In this document: one piece after another, positions 52,301 to 64,000 of the stretch
Layout: each line of letters begins with the position of its first letter
Numbering within the stretch: the first letter of the stretch is position 1
NCBI RefSeq assembly: GCF_009834535.1
Contig: NC_045696.1
Location: forward strand, 90,088,001-90,152,000
Direction: 5' to 3'
From: Camelus ferus
Taxonomy: Eukaryota
Length of the DNA stretch: 64,000 bases
Program-made: the position numbers and the translations under genes
The notes under the pieces: model-generated
What the model saw: the letters and a program-made list of their open reading frames with translations, nothing else
Databases searched by the model: none
What the model was told of the DNA's origin: nothing

Positions 52301-52959
52301 ACCTAAGGAGCAGAAGACCTTTGCCCCTGGTAGCCAAGAGCCAGGAGGACATGGCACTGAAGGCAGGCAGACCTGAGTGGCCTTGTTGTAAGGACAAGAA
52401 GGACACCACAGCAGATGCCAGAGGAGGCTGATTACCAGAGGCAGCTGGGAGCTCAGACATCTCAGCAGATGCTGACAGGAAGAGATGATGCTTCGGGACC
52501 AGATGGGATAATGTCCTGTTCAGCAGACACCAAAGGAAACCCATAGATCTAATGCTTCCCCAACCTTCCCCAGATGCCCCGACCCTGCAAAATCTCTGAA
52601 AATTTATAATCAACCTTCATGGGAAGTATGGTGATGAAAGAAAATCTTCAATTGACTGAGAAAACAAAGAATAAATGTATCCTGATTAATTGAGCTTTTC
52701 CTATCAGGAAACTAGTCAACATGGGACCATAAACTAGAATTAAATAATTCAGTTGGTGGATTGAGAATTCATTCCCTTTACAATAATAACCAAATTTCTC
52801 CTATGAATGACATGGGTCAACTTCTTCATGTGAGACACCTTTGAAAACTATCACAAGTGATTTTTACAGGTCAGTAGTGGCTCCTGAAAACTTTAAAGAA
52901 AAGCCAACTCATGTACCAAGAGATATGAGAGGAGATGTGGCAATTGATGGAAAGGATAC

Positions 52960-53190
52960 ACAATTTGTGGTTCATCAGGCTATGGCTGGATCCAAGCTCT
53001 CACTCAGTGACCTTGGGCAAGTCACTTAAACTCTCCCTGTCTAGATCCCCTCACTTATAAAGTAGAAATGATAAAAGCAATGCCTATTTCACAAAGCTTC
53101 TATGAGGATAAAAATGATATAATATATGCAAAAGTGCTTTGTAAACTTTAAAAACCACATAACTGTTAGTCATCATCATTTTTATCATTA
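52960..53190 (+). mobile_element. MIR SINE
   Basis: gtgaccttgggcaagtcacttaaactctc...gcaaaagtgctttgtaaact. Confidence 0.85.
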
Positions 53191-54249
53191 TCTATGAATA
53201 ATAAGCAGCCTTATAGAAAGCATTTGTATAGATTCTGAACATCTAATATATTCATAGGAGAGTATTTATGCACTGGAAAAGTCTGACTTATCTGCTCTGT
53301 TTTGGTCTCCTTGGAAGAATGACACTATCCAAAATCAATTATTAAATAGATGAGCAAAATGAATATTCAATGACTAAAATAAATTAAGGGAAGATTAAAA
53401 ATTTAAGTCTAACTTTAGAATCACAGAGCTACATATATTGTTTTCTTTATGATTAACAGCTCTTGTCAGCTTTTAAAATAGTAAAATACTTACTCTATCA
53501 AAATTTTTCTAGAATATTAAAAGCAATCACTCGAATTCATAGGAAATTTATACTAACCTGCTTGCTGAAATTCTAAATATAATCTATGAATAATGTTTTA
53601 CATTCTTTCAAACTTCATAAATATGGCAATGACAAAGTGACCTGAAAATTACTTCTTTTTATTTATTCGGTATTATCTAACCATCCTATAGGCACAAAAA
53701 TGACCTTGAAAGTGAAAGTGCAGTGATTTTTTTTTAAAGGACATAAACTCAAAATTTGATGAAATGGTAAATCATTATACTTTTTGATAAAATAAAATTC
53801 ATACATTTTCTTTCTAAATATATGAACTGTCTAGAACAAGATGATGACAAACTTGCAAGACATTCAGGAAGAGATGTTCAGTCTAGAAGTAGAAATTAGG
53901 TTCTCATCCTCCTATTAGGGACTTGGGAGACATCCGTATATGGGTACATATATAATACCCTGGGGTGGATGAGAAATCCAGTGGAGGTCTTTGAGGGAAC
54001 CGCTTTAATGAACAGATATAAACACTTCACACTTAATGCAGCAGAGTTTTTTCTCTCTGGGCTCTTCTAGCCTTTGGCGTTCCTTACTACACTGTTTTCT
54101 AATCAGGTGTTTGTCTCCTCTGCCAACTTGATTATGAGAAGATGCAGAGCAAAGCCCCTTTTCTACTGCCTCTGTGCCTCAATGAATATCAGGTACTTCC
54201 ATTTAAGTATACATTCCTAAGCTGCATTAAAGATGCTTGAAAGATGTCC

Positions 54250-55592
54250 AAATGAAAAGGCAACCCACAGAATGGGAGAAAATATTTTCAAATCACATAT
54301 CTGATGATGAATTAATATTTAGAATAAATAAGGAAGTTCCATAAGCTCAACAATAGAACCAAACAATCTGATTTAAAAATCAACAAAAGATTTGAATAAA
54401 TAAAAATCAACAAAAGACTTGAAGAATTCTCCAAAGAAAGTATACAAATGGCCAATAAGGACATGAAAAGATGCTCCGTATCACTAATCATTAGGGCAGT
54501 GCAGATTAAAACCACAATGAGGCACCACCTCAACCCATTAAGATGGTTATATCATTAAGAAAAAAACGTACTGGCAAGAATGTGGAAAATTAGAACCCTT
54601 GTGCCTTGTTGGTAGGAACGTAAAATGGTGCAGCCACTATGAAAAATAGTATGGTGGTTCCTCAAAAAATTAAACATAGATTACCATATGATCCAGCAAT
54701 TCCACTTCTGGGTATACACCCCAAAGAACTGAAAGCAGGCACTGAAACAGGTATTTGTACACCCATGTTCACAGCAGCCAAATTATTCACAGTAGCCAAA
54801 AGGTGAAAGCAACCAAGTGTCGATCAGCAGATGAATAAACAGAATATAGTATATACACACAAGAGAATATTATACAGCCTTAAAAAGGAAGAAAATTCTG
54901 ACTCATGCTACAACATGAATGAACATTGAGGACATTACACTAAGAGAAATAAGCCACTCACAAAAAGACAAATACTGTGATTTCACTTATATAAGATAAT
55001 GAGGTAGCTCAGTCAGTTTGGGCTGCTATAACAAAATACCATAGACATGGTAGCTCATAAATAACACATTTATTTCTCACAGCTGTGGCGGCTGGAAGAC
55101 CAAGGCACTGGCGGATTTGGCATTGGTAAGAGCCTATTTCCTGGTTCACAAACAACCATCTTTTCACTGTGTCCTCACAAGTCTTCTCTGTGTCTCTTAT
55201 AAGGGCACCAATCCTTCACGAGGGCTCCACTCTCATGATCTAATCACCTCCCAAAGGCCCTACCTCCAAACACCATCACAATGGGGATTAGGTTTCAACA
55301 TGTGAATTTGGGTGGTGGGAACAAATCTGTGGCCTATAGCACTAGGATAGTCAAATTCATGGAGGCAGAAAGTAGAAAGACGGCTGCCAGAGGCTGAGGG
55401 GAGGGAGGAATGGGGAGCTTTTGTTTAGTAAATATGGAGTTTGTTTGGGAAGAAGAAAAAGTTCTGGAGACAAATGGTTGTGATGGTTGCACAACAGTGT
55501 GAATGTACTTAATGCCTTGAAGCTGTAGCTTAACAATGGTTAAAATTTTAATTTTTATGTTATCAATATTTTAGCACAGTAAAAAAGAAAAA
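54250..55592 (+). mobile_element. L1 (L1MB-like) ORF2 end and 3'UTR, split by an MLT1 LTR
   Basis: atgaaaaggcaacccacagaatgggagaaaatatt...ccagcaattccacttctgggtata; resumes at 55342 with atagtcaaattcatggaggcagaaagtaga. Confidence 0.95.
55005..55341 (-). mobile_element. MaLR solo LTR (MLT1A-like) nested in L1
   Basis: cagtttgggctgctataacaaaataccatagac...atctaatcacctcccaaaggccctacctccaaacaccatcac...ctatagca. Confidence 0.9.
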
Positions 55593-56524
55593 AGAAGGGC
55601 AAAGATGCTTTAATATGTCCTTAAGTAGATTTAAACATTCTCTCAAAGTCTTGTATACAGGTTAATTTTTTCTTGCCTAGCCCTTTCTTCATAGTTTCAG
55701 CAAAGGTAAAATTCTACATAGGTTTTTTCAGGGAATTCTTACAGCCCATCTACAGGCTGAGGTGTTTTAGAGCTCAGAAGGAAATTCCTCCAGCAGAAAA
55801 GCCTCCTCTCCTGGCAAGAAGACTTGCTTCATATTCATTTTATTCCCAAATACTTTACCTCTAAAAATTGCAAACAAAACAAAACAAAACAAAACAAAAA
55901 ACCCTGCAAGTTAGGGGACTATGCACATGGCAAGTACATAGTAAATATAAAAAAAACAACCAATTACAGGAATATTAATCCTCCCCTAGTCTCCTTTACA
56001 GTTCAGTGCTTAACACATAGTTGTTTCTCAATAAATAACTGTGGAATTAATTAATTATATCAATTAATAAATTCACTGCTTAATAACTATGTGCTAAATG
56101 AATGGCTTTCAAAAACTGACACCACCCACATCATTATCACAACTCAGGCCATTCTCAAGAGATCTGGACCACATTTCCAACTGCCCTTGTACACTTCAGC
56201 TCAGATGTTCTACAGGTAGACAGAAGTAGGGGGAATGGTAAATTAAGAAGGGGTGAAAACAGGTAATAGAATAAAGAAGCTTGTGTTGGCTTTGCAGGCT
56301 CACAAATTTCAAGTTGCTATGAATAAGTCAATGCCTTTTTGCCCTTCAGAAAACCAAATGGAAAATGCTCAAGATCTTTCTCTTTAAAAAAAGAAGGAAA
56401 GGTTGTAAATGAATAGTTTAAAATGCCAGTGATGATTATTTGATAGGACAGTGGATTAATGAGAATGTTTTTGTCTTTTAACAGTATTTATTAAACTTAC
56501 TTTTTTTAATTAGTCCTCAGGAGC

Positions 56525-56559
<35 letters not shown>
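56525..56559. repeat. (TA)n(CA)n microsatellite
   Basis: atatatatatacacacacac... Confidence 0.9.
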
Positions 56560-58335
56560 TCATTTGTTCCTAGAAGGCCTCCCTCATCTGATGTTTTTTG
56601 GTTACTCCAAATCTTTTCTGATAGGAAACCATGATACTGTGTAGTAAAATATGTATGACTGATTTGATATGTATTTGTTAATCACATAATTAATTAAGTG
56701 GTATTGTGATATTTCTTTCATTTCATTTTTACTTTTTTTTCATTCAGAACTATAGTAAGATCTATCTATAATGTGTGTAAATCTTGTCTGTTGCTTTTGA
56801 CAGCTTCATAGTCCTCCACATTTACCACTTTTATAACTTTAAAAACTTTAAAATGACTTTTAAAAGGTTTCTTTTCAAAGCAAATTTGGGGAAATGAGGG
56901 TAAAATAAGCAACAGATAACAATTAAAGTCCATTACATTAGACAGTTCTTTAAATGTTCCCCTACATTACGAATCACTTTTCCACATAAGGAATTAGAGA
57001 CCCATTGATGGTTGTGCTTTAAAATGAATTCTTTGGTGGTGCTCTGCTTTTACAGATCTTGCAGTAACCAGGTCATTGACATCAAGATATCAAATGTTTC
57101 TCCTGGGGAAATTCCACTAACTTTAAGCATAAAACCTTGGAGGGAAAAGGACAAGAGCAAACACCACATGGGCCAATTCATTCAAACACTCAATCCAATT
57201 GAGGTTTTGACTAGACTAACCAACTGAAGGATGGTCCTATGATTTGTGATGGTATGCTGATATCAGATGAATTCTTAAACCATAATATTTTCACTGGTCT
57301 ATTAGTCACATAAGATTATGTCCTAACAGAAATACCAGGCCTACCATTCTCTTAGAGTAAAAGCTCAATTTAGTTAAACAACTAGAGAAGGAATTTTTTT
57401 CCTCTTCTCTGAATGGACCAAACATGATCCTTATTTCAGTATGGCTAAATCCTGTGTTGAAATACCCACTTTGGGATGTACGCCCAAGGTGTCATGTCAG
57501 AGTCAGGAAAACTCAGGAGCAGTTCAGTATCATGAAGCTAGAAAAGGGAGTCACAAAGGAGTCAAGTCAGATCATAAAACTGGTATCAGAAATACCAGAC
57601 AGTTAGAATCTGTAATGAAGAAAACACAGCAGTGTAGATTTAACCAAACTAGTATCCTCGTCTCTCTCTCCTCCCCTCCCTCCTCCCCCATCTCTCCCCC
57701 TTGAGAGTGTAGAATTATTTATAAGTTTACAATAAGCACACTTTTGAATGTTTTATCCTAAAAATGTTTATTAATCAGTTTCTCCAATTGCTTACATGTT
57801 TAAATGCTTAGGATTTTATTTCTGTCAATAATGGAAAATTCTGTCACAGAAAAACTGTGTGGAGTTTTTTATTTCCAGTGACGTTTCCTCGATATCAAGG
57901 TTTGTTTCACATCTCTAAGAACAACAACTAGTGACTTTCATTACAAAAAGCAATAGTCTTGCACCAAATATAAAATAATGAAATACATGTTGAACTGTGC
58001 ATGTGGCAATATACTTCTCATTGACAAAAAAGACAAGTTTAGATATCACTTAGAGTGAAATGGAAGTCTATAATAGAAATCCTGAAGAGCTTTAGACTAT
58101 GTGGCACTAATAAGAAGCAACATTAATCCTATTATGCAAATTCCCTCATGGTTCCTAAAACAGGTCAAACAAAGAATGTTACTCCTGAAAACTGGACTTT
58201 ATCATTTCATACACTGACTCATTGATAGAGTGAATGAGAAAGAAGTAAATCCAATTCTCACTCTCTTGGCTGTTTATCAGAACCTGAAAATTTCAAATTC
58301 CACTGTTAGCCAGGGGACATCAATATACCTTCTGC

Positions 58336-58958
58336 TGTGGACAGTTTTGAGTTTTGGCTTCCAGCAGCCATTCTGCCCTCTCTAGTGAGAATATTCTGCT
58401 TTTCCTTTGGGGGAACCACTTCCCTCCCTCATCTCTTTCATATGGTTCAGGTGAGATTTACCCTACCTGCCATATCCAGGGGTGGGAAGGTAGCCAAGCC
58501 CTGGCCAATTAGCATGGTCTCCCTAAATATTCACAGTAACTGGCTCAAGGATGGGATGTGACTCAGGACAAGCCAGTCAGAGCCAACAGATATGAGCCCT
58601 AGAACTTCTGCTGAAATTCTAGAGAAATATGTAGTCTCCTTCCACTGACTTTGCTAATCTAGAAGAAAGCAAGTCAAGAGAATATTTGCCATCTCTGAAG
58701 GAGAATCTAATTGAGAATGAAAACAACACAGAAGACAGCAGCACGGAGGAAAGCATAACCAGATTCCTGGCAACATCGTTTGAGTATGTAGATCCAGACA
58801 TCTTGACCGCAGATACCCCTGGACCATTCAGGTATATGACAACAGACACGCATGTACACACAATATCTGTGTGCACTCACATTCACCATTTTTCTTCAAT
58901 AAACTAGTTTGATTTGGCTTTCTCTCCCTTTCAACAAAAATTTTCCTTCTAAATTACA
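58336..58958 (+). mobile_element. Old MaLR LTR (MLT1K-like)
   Basis: ttttcctttgggggaaccac...ggccaattagc...tggctcaaggatgggatgtgactcag...aactagtttgatttggctttct. Confidence 0.8.
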
Positions 58959-59011
58959 GGAGTTAAAAATCATCATAATTATGGCATGAAAAATAGGATA
59001 TAGAGTTATAA

Positions 59012-59940
59012 TGGAGGAAAAAAAAATTTCCTCTACCCATCTTAGATTCTCAGGTTGGGGCCCTTTATGTTAGACTGACAAAAGAGAGATTAACAAGAGA
59101 AAAATGGAGAGAAGTTTACTAACAGGCATACATGTGGGAGCACTTAGTGATGAGTAACTCAAAGGGGTGGAAGAAGTTAAAAAATACTTTGAGACAAATG
59201 ACAATGAAAACACAACCATACAAAATCTATGGGATGCAGCAAAAGCAGTCCTAAGAGGGAAGTTCATAGCGACACAGGCCTTCCTCAAAAAACAAGAATA
59301 ATCTCAAGTAAACAACCTATCACCTAAAAGAATTAGAAAAATAAGACCAAACAAAACCTAAAGTCAGAAGAAGGAAGAAAATGATAAAGATCAGGGAGGA
59401 AATAAAATAGAGATTAAAAAAAATATAGAAAAAAATCAATCAAACCAAGAACTGGTTTTTTGAAAGAGTAAACAAAATAGACAAACCCCTGGTCAGGCTC
59501 ACCAAGAAGAAAAAAGAGAAAACACAAATAAACAAAATAAGAACTTGGGCTTATATAGCTTCTTAGCAAAGGACAGTAATTTTTCAGAGAAGTGACAAGA
59601 AGAGGACTTTGAGCCTCCATGGGTGGCAAATTATATGGGGGAATACGATAGGGAAATATATGTGGAAACTGATGGAAGATAAGGGCTATTTAATAAAGTT
59701 TGTTTGTTCAGACCCTTTTGATGTCATCCATCTCCAGTGTTAAGGTTTTTATCCCCTTCCTGGCATTAGAAATGAGGGTGGGGGGTAGACCTTCACAAGG
59801 GGAATTTATGTTCTGCTCTCAGGCAGATAGGAGAAGGCAGAGATCTTGACCTGTGACTGCCTTTTCTTAATTGCCTTCAGTTCAAAATAATCCTATGCTG
59901 GAGTGGTGTATTTTGGCATGGCAGACTCTGAATGCCTCCA
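59012..59940 (-). mobile_element. ERV1-class solo LTR interrupted by an L1 fragment
   Basis: aatttcctctacccatcttag...gactgacaaaagagagattaacaagagaaaa...ttaattgccttcagttcaaaataatcctatgc. Confidence 0.75.
59171..59543 (+). mobile_element. Internal L1 ORF2 fragment with no 3'UTR or tail
   Basis: tttgagacaaatgacaatgaaaacacaaccatacaaaatctatgggatgcagcaaaagcagtcctaagagggaagttcatagc encodes [27 protein letters not shown]. Confidence 0.95.
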
Positions 59941-61339
59941 GGGTAGAGGTGGGGGTGCAGAATGAAGGACCCAGGCTAACACTCAGAGTGGAACTCAAGC
60001 AAATTCTGCCACCCACTGCTTCGACTCCCTCTTCTCAGATGATTATACAAATAAAATTTGTTTATAAGGAACAGGAAAGGCAACTTTGCAGGGGAAAAGA
60101 AATTACTCAAGGACAGAGTGAGCAGCCTGTCAGTCACAGTGGGGACAAGTGGAGTCCATGTGATTTTTCCTGAAGACAGCAGGGATGGGGAAGATGAGCT
60201 GCTCAGTGTGTACGACCATGATTTCCAGACACTGCGAATATCACCCAGCAGAACCACCTTTATTTTTGCCAGGCTCTCTCCTTGATTTAATGTCCTAGAT
60301 GGGTACTGCCCTGGCTTCCCTCTACCCACTTCCTGAAAAGCCCCTCTCATTTCTTATGGATGGTCCTGCTATGGGCAGTTGGTTCTTTTCTAGACACATA
60401 ATTGTAAAGCAAGTAGACCCCACAGGTTCAAGTGGACTACATGGCCTGGGGACACCCTACCCTGCCTGCTCTGTCTCCACTGCTGCTTTGAGTAGTTGTG
60501 AGTAGTCACCCCACCGCCCATGATAAACAGCAAGAGGGAGGGCCCCTAAATGATTTTATGCTGCCAAAAGCAGAATTATGGAACTGGTGCAATGCTGTGA
60601 ACTTCACAGGTCTGTCATCTCTCCAGTATGAGATGATACTCATGTATGTATGAGATGACGAAGAAGGCTCACGCAACTCTGAGACATGATAGGTGGCTGG
60701 GGTGGATGGAGGTTGAATAAAATCATCATTTTAACAAAAAGGGTTTAATTTCAAAATTTAGACGAGCAAATTCCTTCTGTGAACTCAATAAAACCCACCT
60801 CCTAAGAGTCAAAAAACACGTCTCTGGATCCTTAGGAAACCATCATCTTGGGAACCGGCAGTACCGCATCAAGATGCTGAGTGAGGCCCAGAGCCCACGG
60901 CGGGGTCAGACACAGCTTCCTCCTCCCCCTGCTCTTTCCCACGGAGTCTTCTAAGGCCCCCAGCTCCTGCTCTCCAGCTCCCTCTCAAATCAACTGTGGG
61001 GGAGCTGTCCCACTGTTTTCTACTTTTACTTCTTCAAATCCATTTCTGACTTGATATTTCTTAATTGTGACTCGTTTTCCAGGTCATAACTTCAATTTCC
61101 AAATGACTTACAATCTTTAGAATTCTCATTTAGAAAGTGGCCAGGTCTATTAATCACCACTTCTGTGTCTTCACTTTATCTCTGCTTCGTACAGCCTTGA
61201 AACAGAGCTGGTGAACTTTATATTCATTATACTTATTCCTGCCCTAAATGCTTTTAACCTTTTACTAATATCTGAACATGTCTCTCTAGGAGAACTTGAG
61301 AAATAATAGACAGGGTCTTTATAGCATAATACAGATTTA

Positions 61340-61535
61340 CAGCACTTCATGAAGTGTGGTCTTGCCTCCTGAATCAGAATCACACAAAAATCCTATTTAA
61401 AAAAAAAAAAAAAGCAGATTCCTAGGAACTCTCACCAGATACTGAGGTCTGATCTCTGGAAATAAGGCCCAGAAGTCTACAAATTGAACCAGCAGGATAT
61501 GATTCTGATGTTCTCTAAAGTCTAAGAACTAGGTG
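61340..61535. mobile_element. MER5-like hAT MITE
   Basis: aaagcagattcctagg...atctctggaaataaggcccagaagtct...tgattctgatgttctctaaagtctaagaact. Confidence 0.7.
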
Positions 61536-61602
61536 CCTGTGTACTAAAAAAAGAATACAAACTAATAAAATAATTCTCATGTTTAAGAATTAAGCAATGG
61601 GC

Positions 61603-62030
61603 ATGGATTAGTGAGAATAAATTAAGTTATGCTGTGGTGACAACTGGCCTTCACATCCCAGAGACGAAACAAAACTTTCTTCTTTGTTCACATTGTATGT
61701 CCAGCAGGCACTGATGGTGGTACAGGAGAAGGTGAGGAGGGAGCTCTGTTCCCTGTCTTCTCACTGGTACCCAGGCTGATGGAGGTGCCACCGTCTGGAA
61801 CACTCCTGGTTGCAGCAGCATGGATGAGAGAAAGCTGGAGGTCTCCCACTGGCACTGAAATTCTCTTGTTGGGAAATGACACACATGACTTCTGCCCACG
61901 ACTCACTGGCCAGTACTGGCCTCATGGTCCCACCAAACTGCAAAATGGGTTGGGAAGTGCAAACCTCTCACACTCAAAAGGTGAAAAGAACTAAATATGG
62001 GTGAGGTGAGCATTAGAAGTGTTCTCCCAC
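61603..62030 (-). mobile_element. Old MaLR LTR (MLT1J/L-like)
   Basis: acccaggctgatggaggtgccaccgtctggaac...acttctgcccacgactcactggccagtactggcctcatggtcccacc. Confidence 0.8.
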
Positions 62031-62034
62031 AGGG

Positions 62035-62150
62035 AAGCATCTCATATCTCAGAGGTAAAAAGTGAGGACAGAGAAGTCAAGCCACTTTCACAAATCCACG
62101 CTGAAGTCAATATTGGGAACCCTCCTCCCTCAATTCTCTCCACCAGGTTC
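62035..62150 (-). mobile_element. MIR fragment
   Basis: catctcatatctcagaggtaaaaagtgaggacagagaagtcaagccactt. Confidence 0.55.
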
Positions 62151-64000
62151 AAGGCAGTGGACACCCTCACCATCCTTCCTGTTTCAGCAGAGCTCTACTA
62201 AAGTGACAGTTAACACAAAAGACAGACAGTATGGGAATTTAAACGCCATCATTTTCTATCTGAAGCAGATTGCACAATGTGTAAACAGAGAAAAGAAACA
62301 AGTTTGCAGCCTTTTCTCTGAATTAATCACTAGAGGAACATATTACACGGGTGTGTCCTGCTCAGCTGTACCATCTGAGGACTTCAAACTGTTACTTTAG
62401 CACCTACTAAGTGTCCAGAAAATGCTAGGCATGTTCTAATGGCATCAACAGAAGTCTGTCTACCACATAGGTCGACTCACTCAGTCCTTCAGAGAGAAAA
62501 CTTGTTCCTGCTCCTCTCACCATTCACCTCCCCCTTGCCAATCAGATGGGCTCCAGGCTGGATGCCTGATCCCAGACACAGTCCTCATGGCACGCACCTG
62601 CCAAAGCACGAACTGTCTAGGGCCAGAATCAGGAACCTATTTGCTCAGCACAAATAGAAGCCCCCGTGTGGTGCATTTGTGCCCCTCTGCCATGTTAGGA
62701 CTTTTTCCATATACTTTCTGGAGCAGACAAGAGAGACTCAGGCAGCTAATAGCTTTCATAATGAATCAAGTTCCAAGTGGATGACTTCTAGTTCCATATG
62801 GGGCAAGGTCAAGAGATAATGATTTCAGGTTGCAAATGGCAACAAACCAGATTGGGCTCCTTCAGATCTACGTATTCTTCAAAAAGATGAAAAATAATAT
62901 TTATTTTCCCAGTGATTACCACAAATAAAAGAGTTCCTATTCTGTCTGATTATAGCTATTATCCTTCCTCTTTGAGCATAAACACATCCCTCTTTCTCAG
63001 AAGCAGTTTGCTGGTTCTCACCCTGCAAGAGCCCAGGCTTTCCATTATTGTATCAAAATGTATTCCAAGGCTTTCGGTGGAAAAGTTAACATTAAGCATC
63101 ACTCTAGTAGTATGAGTAATATCCAAATTACCGACATAATTTTTTATCAGGTAAACAATTCTATCTACGAATTCTAAAGCTGCTATCCTGACAGTCATCA
63201 CTAAGTGTAAAATTTTCGCATTATTCCATGATGTTTGTCATCGTGATATTATTTTTTACTATCAACACAAGTTTCTGTGATTTGGATTCCAGCACATTTT
63301 TCACACCGAAGTCAAGGCTTGCTATTGCACTGCCCTTGTGTGCCCACGGCAAGCAACAGTGCTTCAGCTGTGATGTTCTCAAGATTGCCTCTAAGAATTC
63401 CCCGTTAATAAAGTCCTCATATGCAAATCTTCATGCCTTCCCTAGGGCTCCATAGCAAGGCTCCAGTAAATTTAAACAAAGCAGCACGCAACACATGCCG
63501 TGCTTCCTATTACTTCTGAGACCATTTGTCTTATCTTCTTTCTAATATGCTTTGCGCCTGCTTTTCACTGTATTAGAGACTAGTACTTAAGTGAAAACCG
63601 AGGGGAAAAAAATAAACCAAAGCATTTGTATTGATTTCTTTTGATCTGGGTTCTCAATCAACCTGCAGGTCTAATGTTTGCCTCTTCAAACTGCTTTTTC
63701 ACCCTTGTTTTCTCTCCTCTACCCCTGTTCCATGAATCCAAACTCCTACTTTCCTTCCTCTATTAAAAGTCTATTACCTACTCTATGTATTTTTGTAAAC
63801 TGATGAGTCAGCAAGATCTCTCAGCATCATTTCATTTACCCGTCAATTAAATTTAGACATGAGATAAACCTTATTATGACTTTGACCTGAAACCACCATG
63901 GGACCTGGAAACAAATTTTAAATTTCTGTTTGCTCTGCTATCTGTATTGGCTCCAAATGAAAGGGCTAAATTTAATTTTTCCCAAGGAAACAACAATTCT

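Noticed and set aside
59171..59543. Idea that this L1 fragment is the piece deleted from the L1 at about 39285, since the start points nearly coincide
   Set aside because: It overlaps sequence still present at 39328-39425 and differs substantially there, so it is a different copy or subfamily
62912..63455. Protein-like short ORFs as a pseudogene or viral insert
   Set aside because: No recognisable homology, poly(A) or TSD; only a BLASTX hit would change this
1..64000. CRISPR arrays, tRNA/rRNA genes, operon-like or other novel multi-gene systems
   Set aside because: No regularly spaced repeat-spacer array, structural RNA gene or gene cluster seen; the sequence is mammalian non-coding DNA

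Overview
Mammalian nuclear genomic DNA: AT-rich, CpG-depleted and densely filled with eroded transposable elements (L1, L2, MIR, CR1/L3, MaLR/ERVL/ERV1 solo LTRs, hAT MITEs). The L1 3' ends and the lack of any Alu, B1/B2, Can-SINE, Bov-A or PRE-1 copy that I could recognise suggest a laurasiatherian, possibly camelid-like cetartiodactyl (inference). There is no intact long ORF; the ORF-track entries are L1 ORF2 remnants or chance ORFs. The only gene-like signal is in a TE-poor island at about 1.4-6.1 kb. There, two minus-strand segments with canonical splice sites (5162-5235 and 4530-4557, the second containing ATG-CGT-CTG, Met-Arg-Leu) look like 5' exons of a gene transcribed toward lower coordinates. 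I cannot name that gene. The rest reads as a large intron or upstream region. I found no convincing novel biological system. The most notable items are the candidate exons with Rbfox motifs and several atypical L1 repair or insertion structures. Repeat boundaries are approximate, and family names come from remembered consensus resemblance, not from a search.
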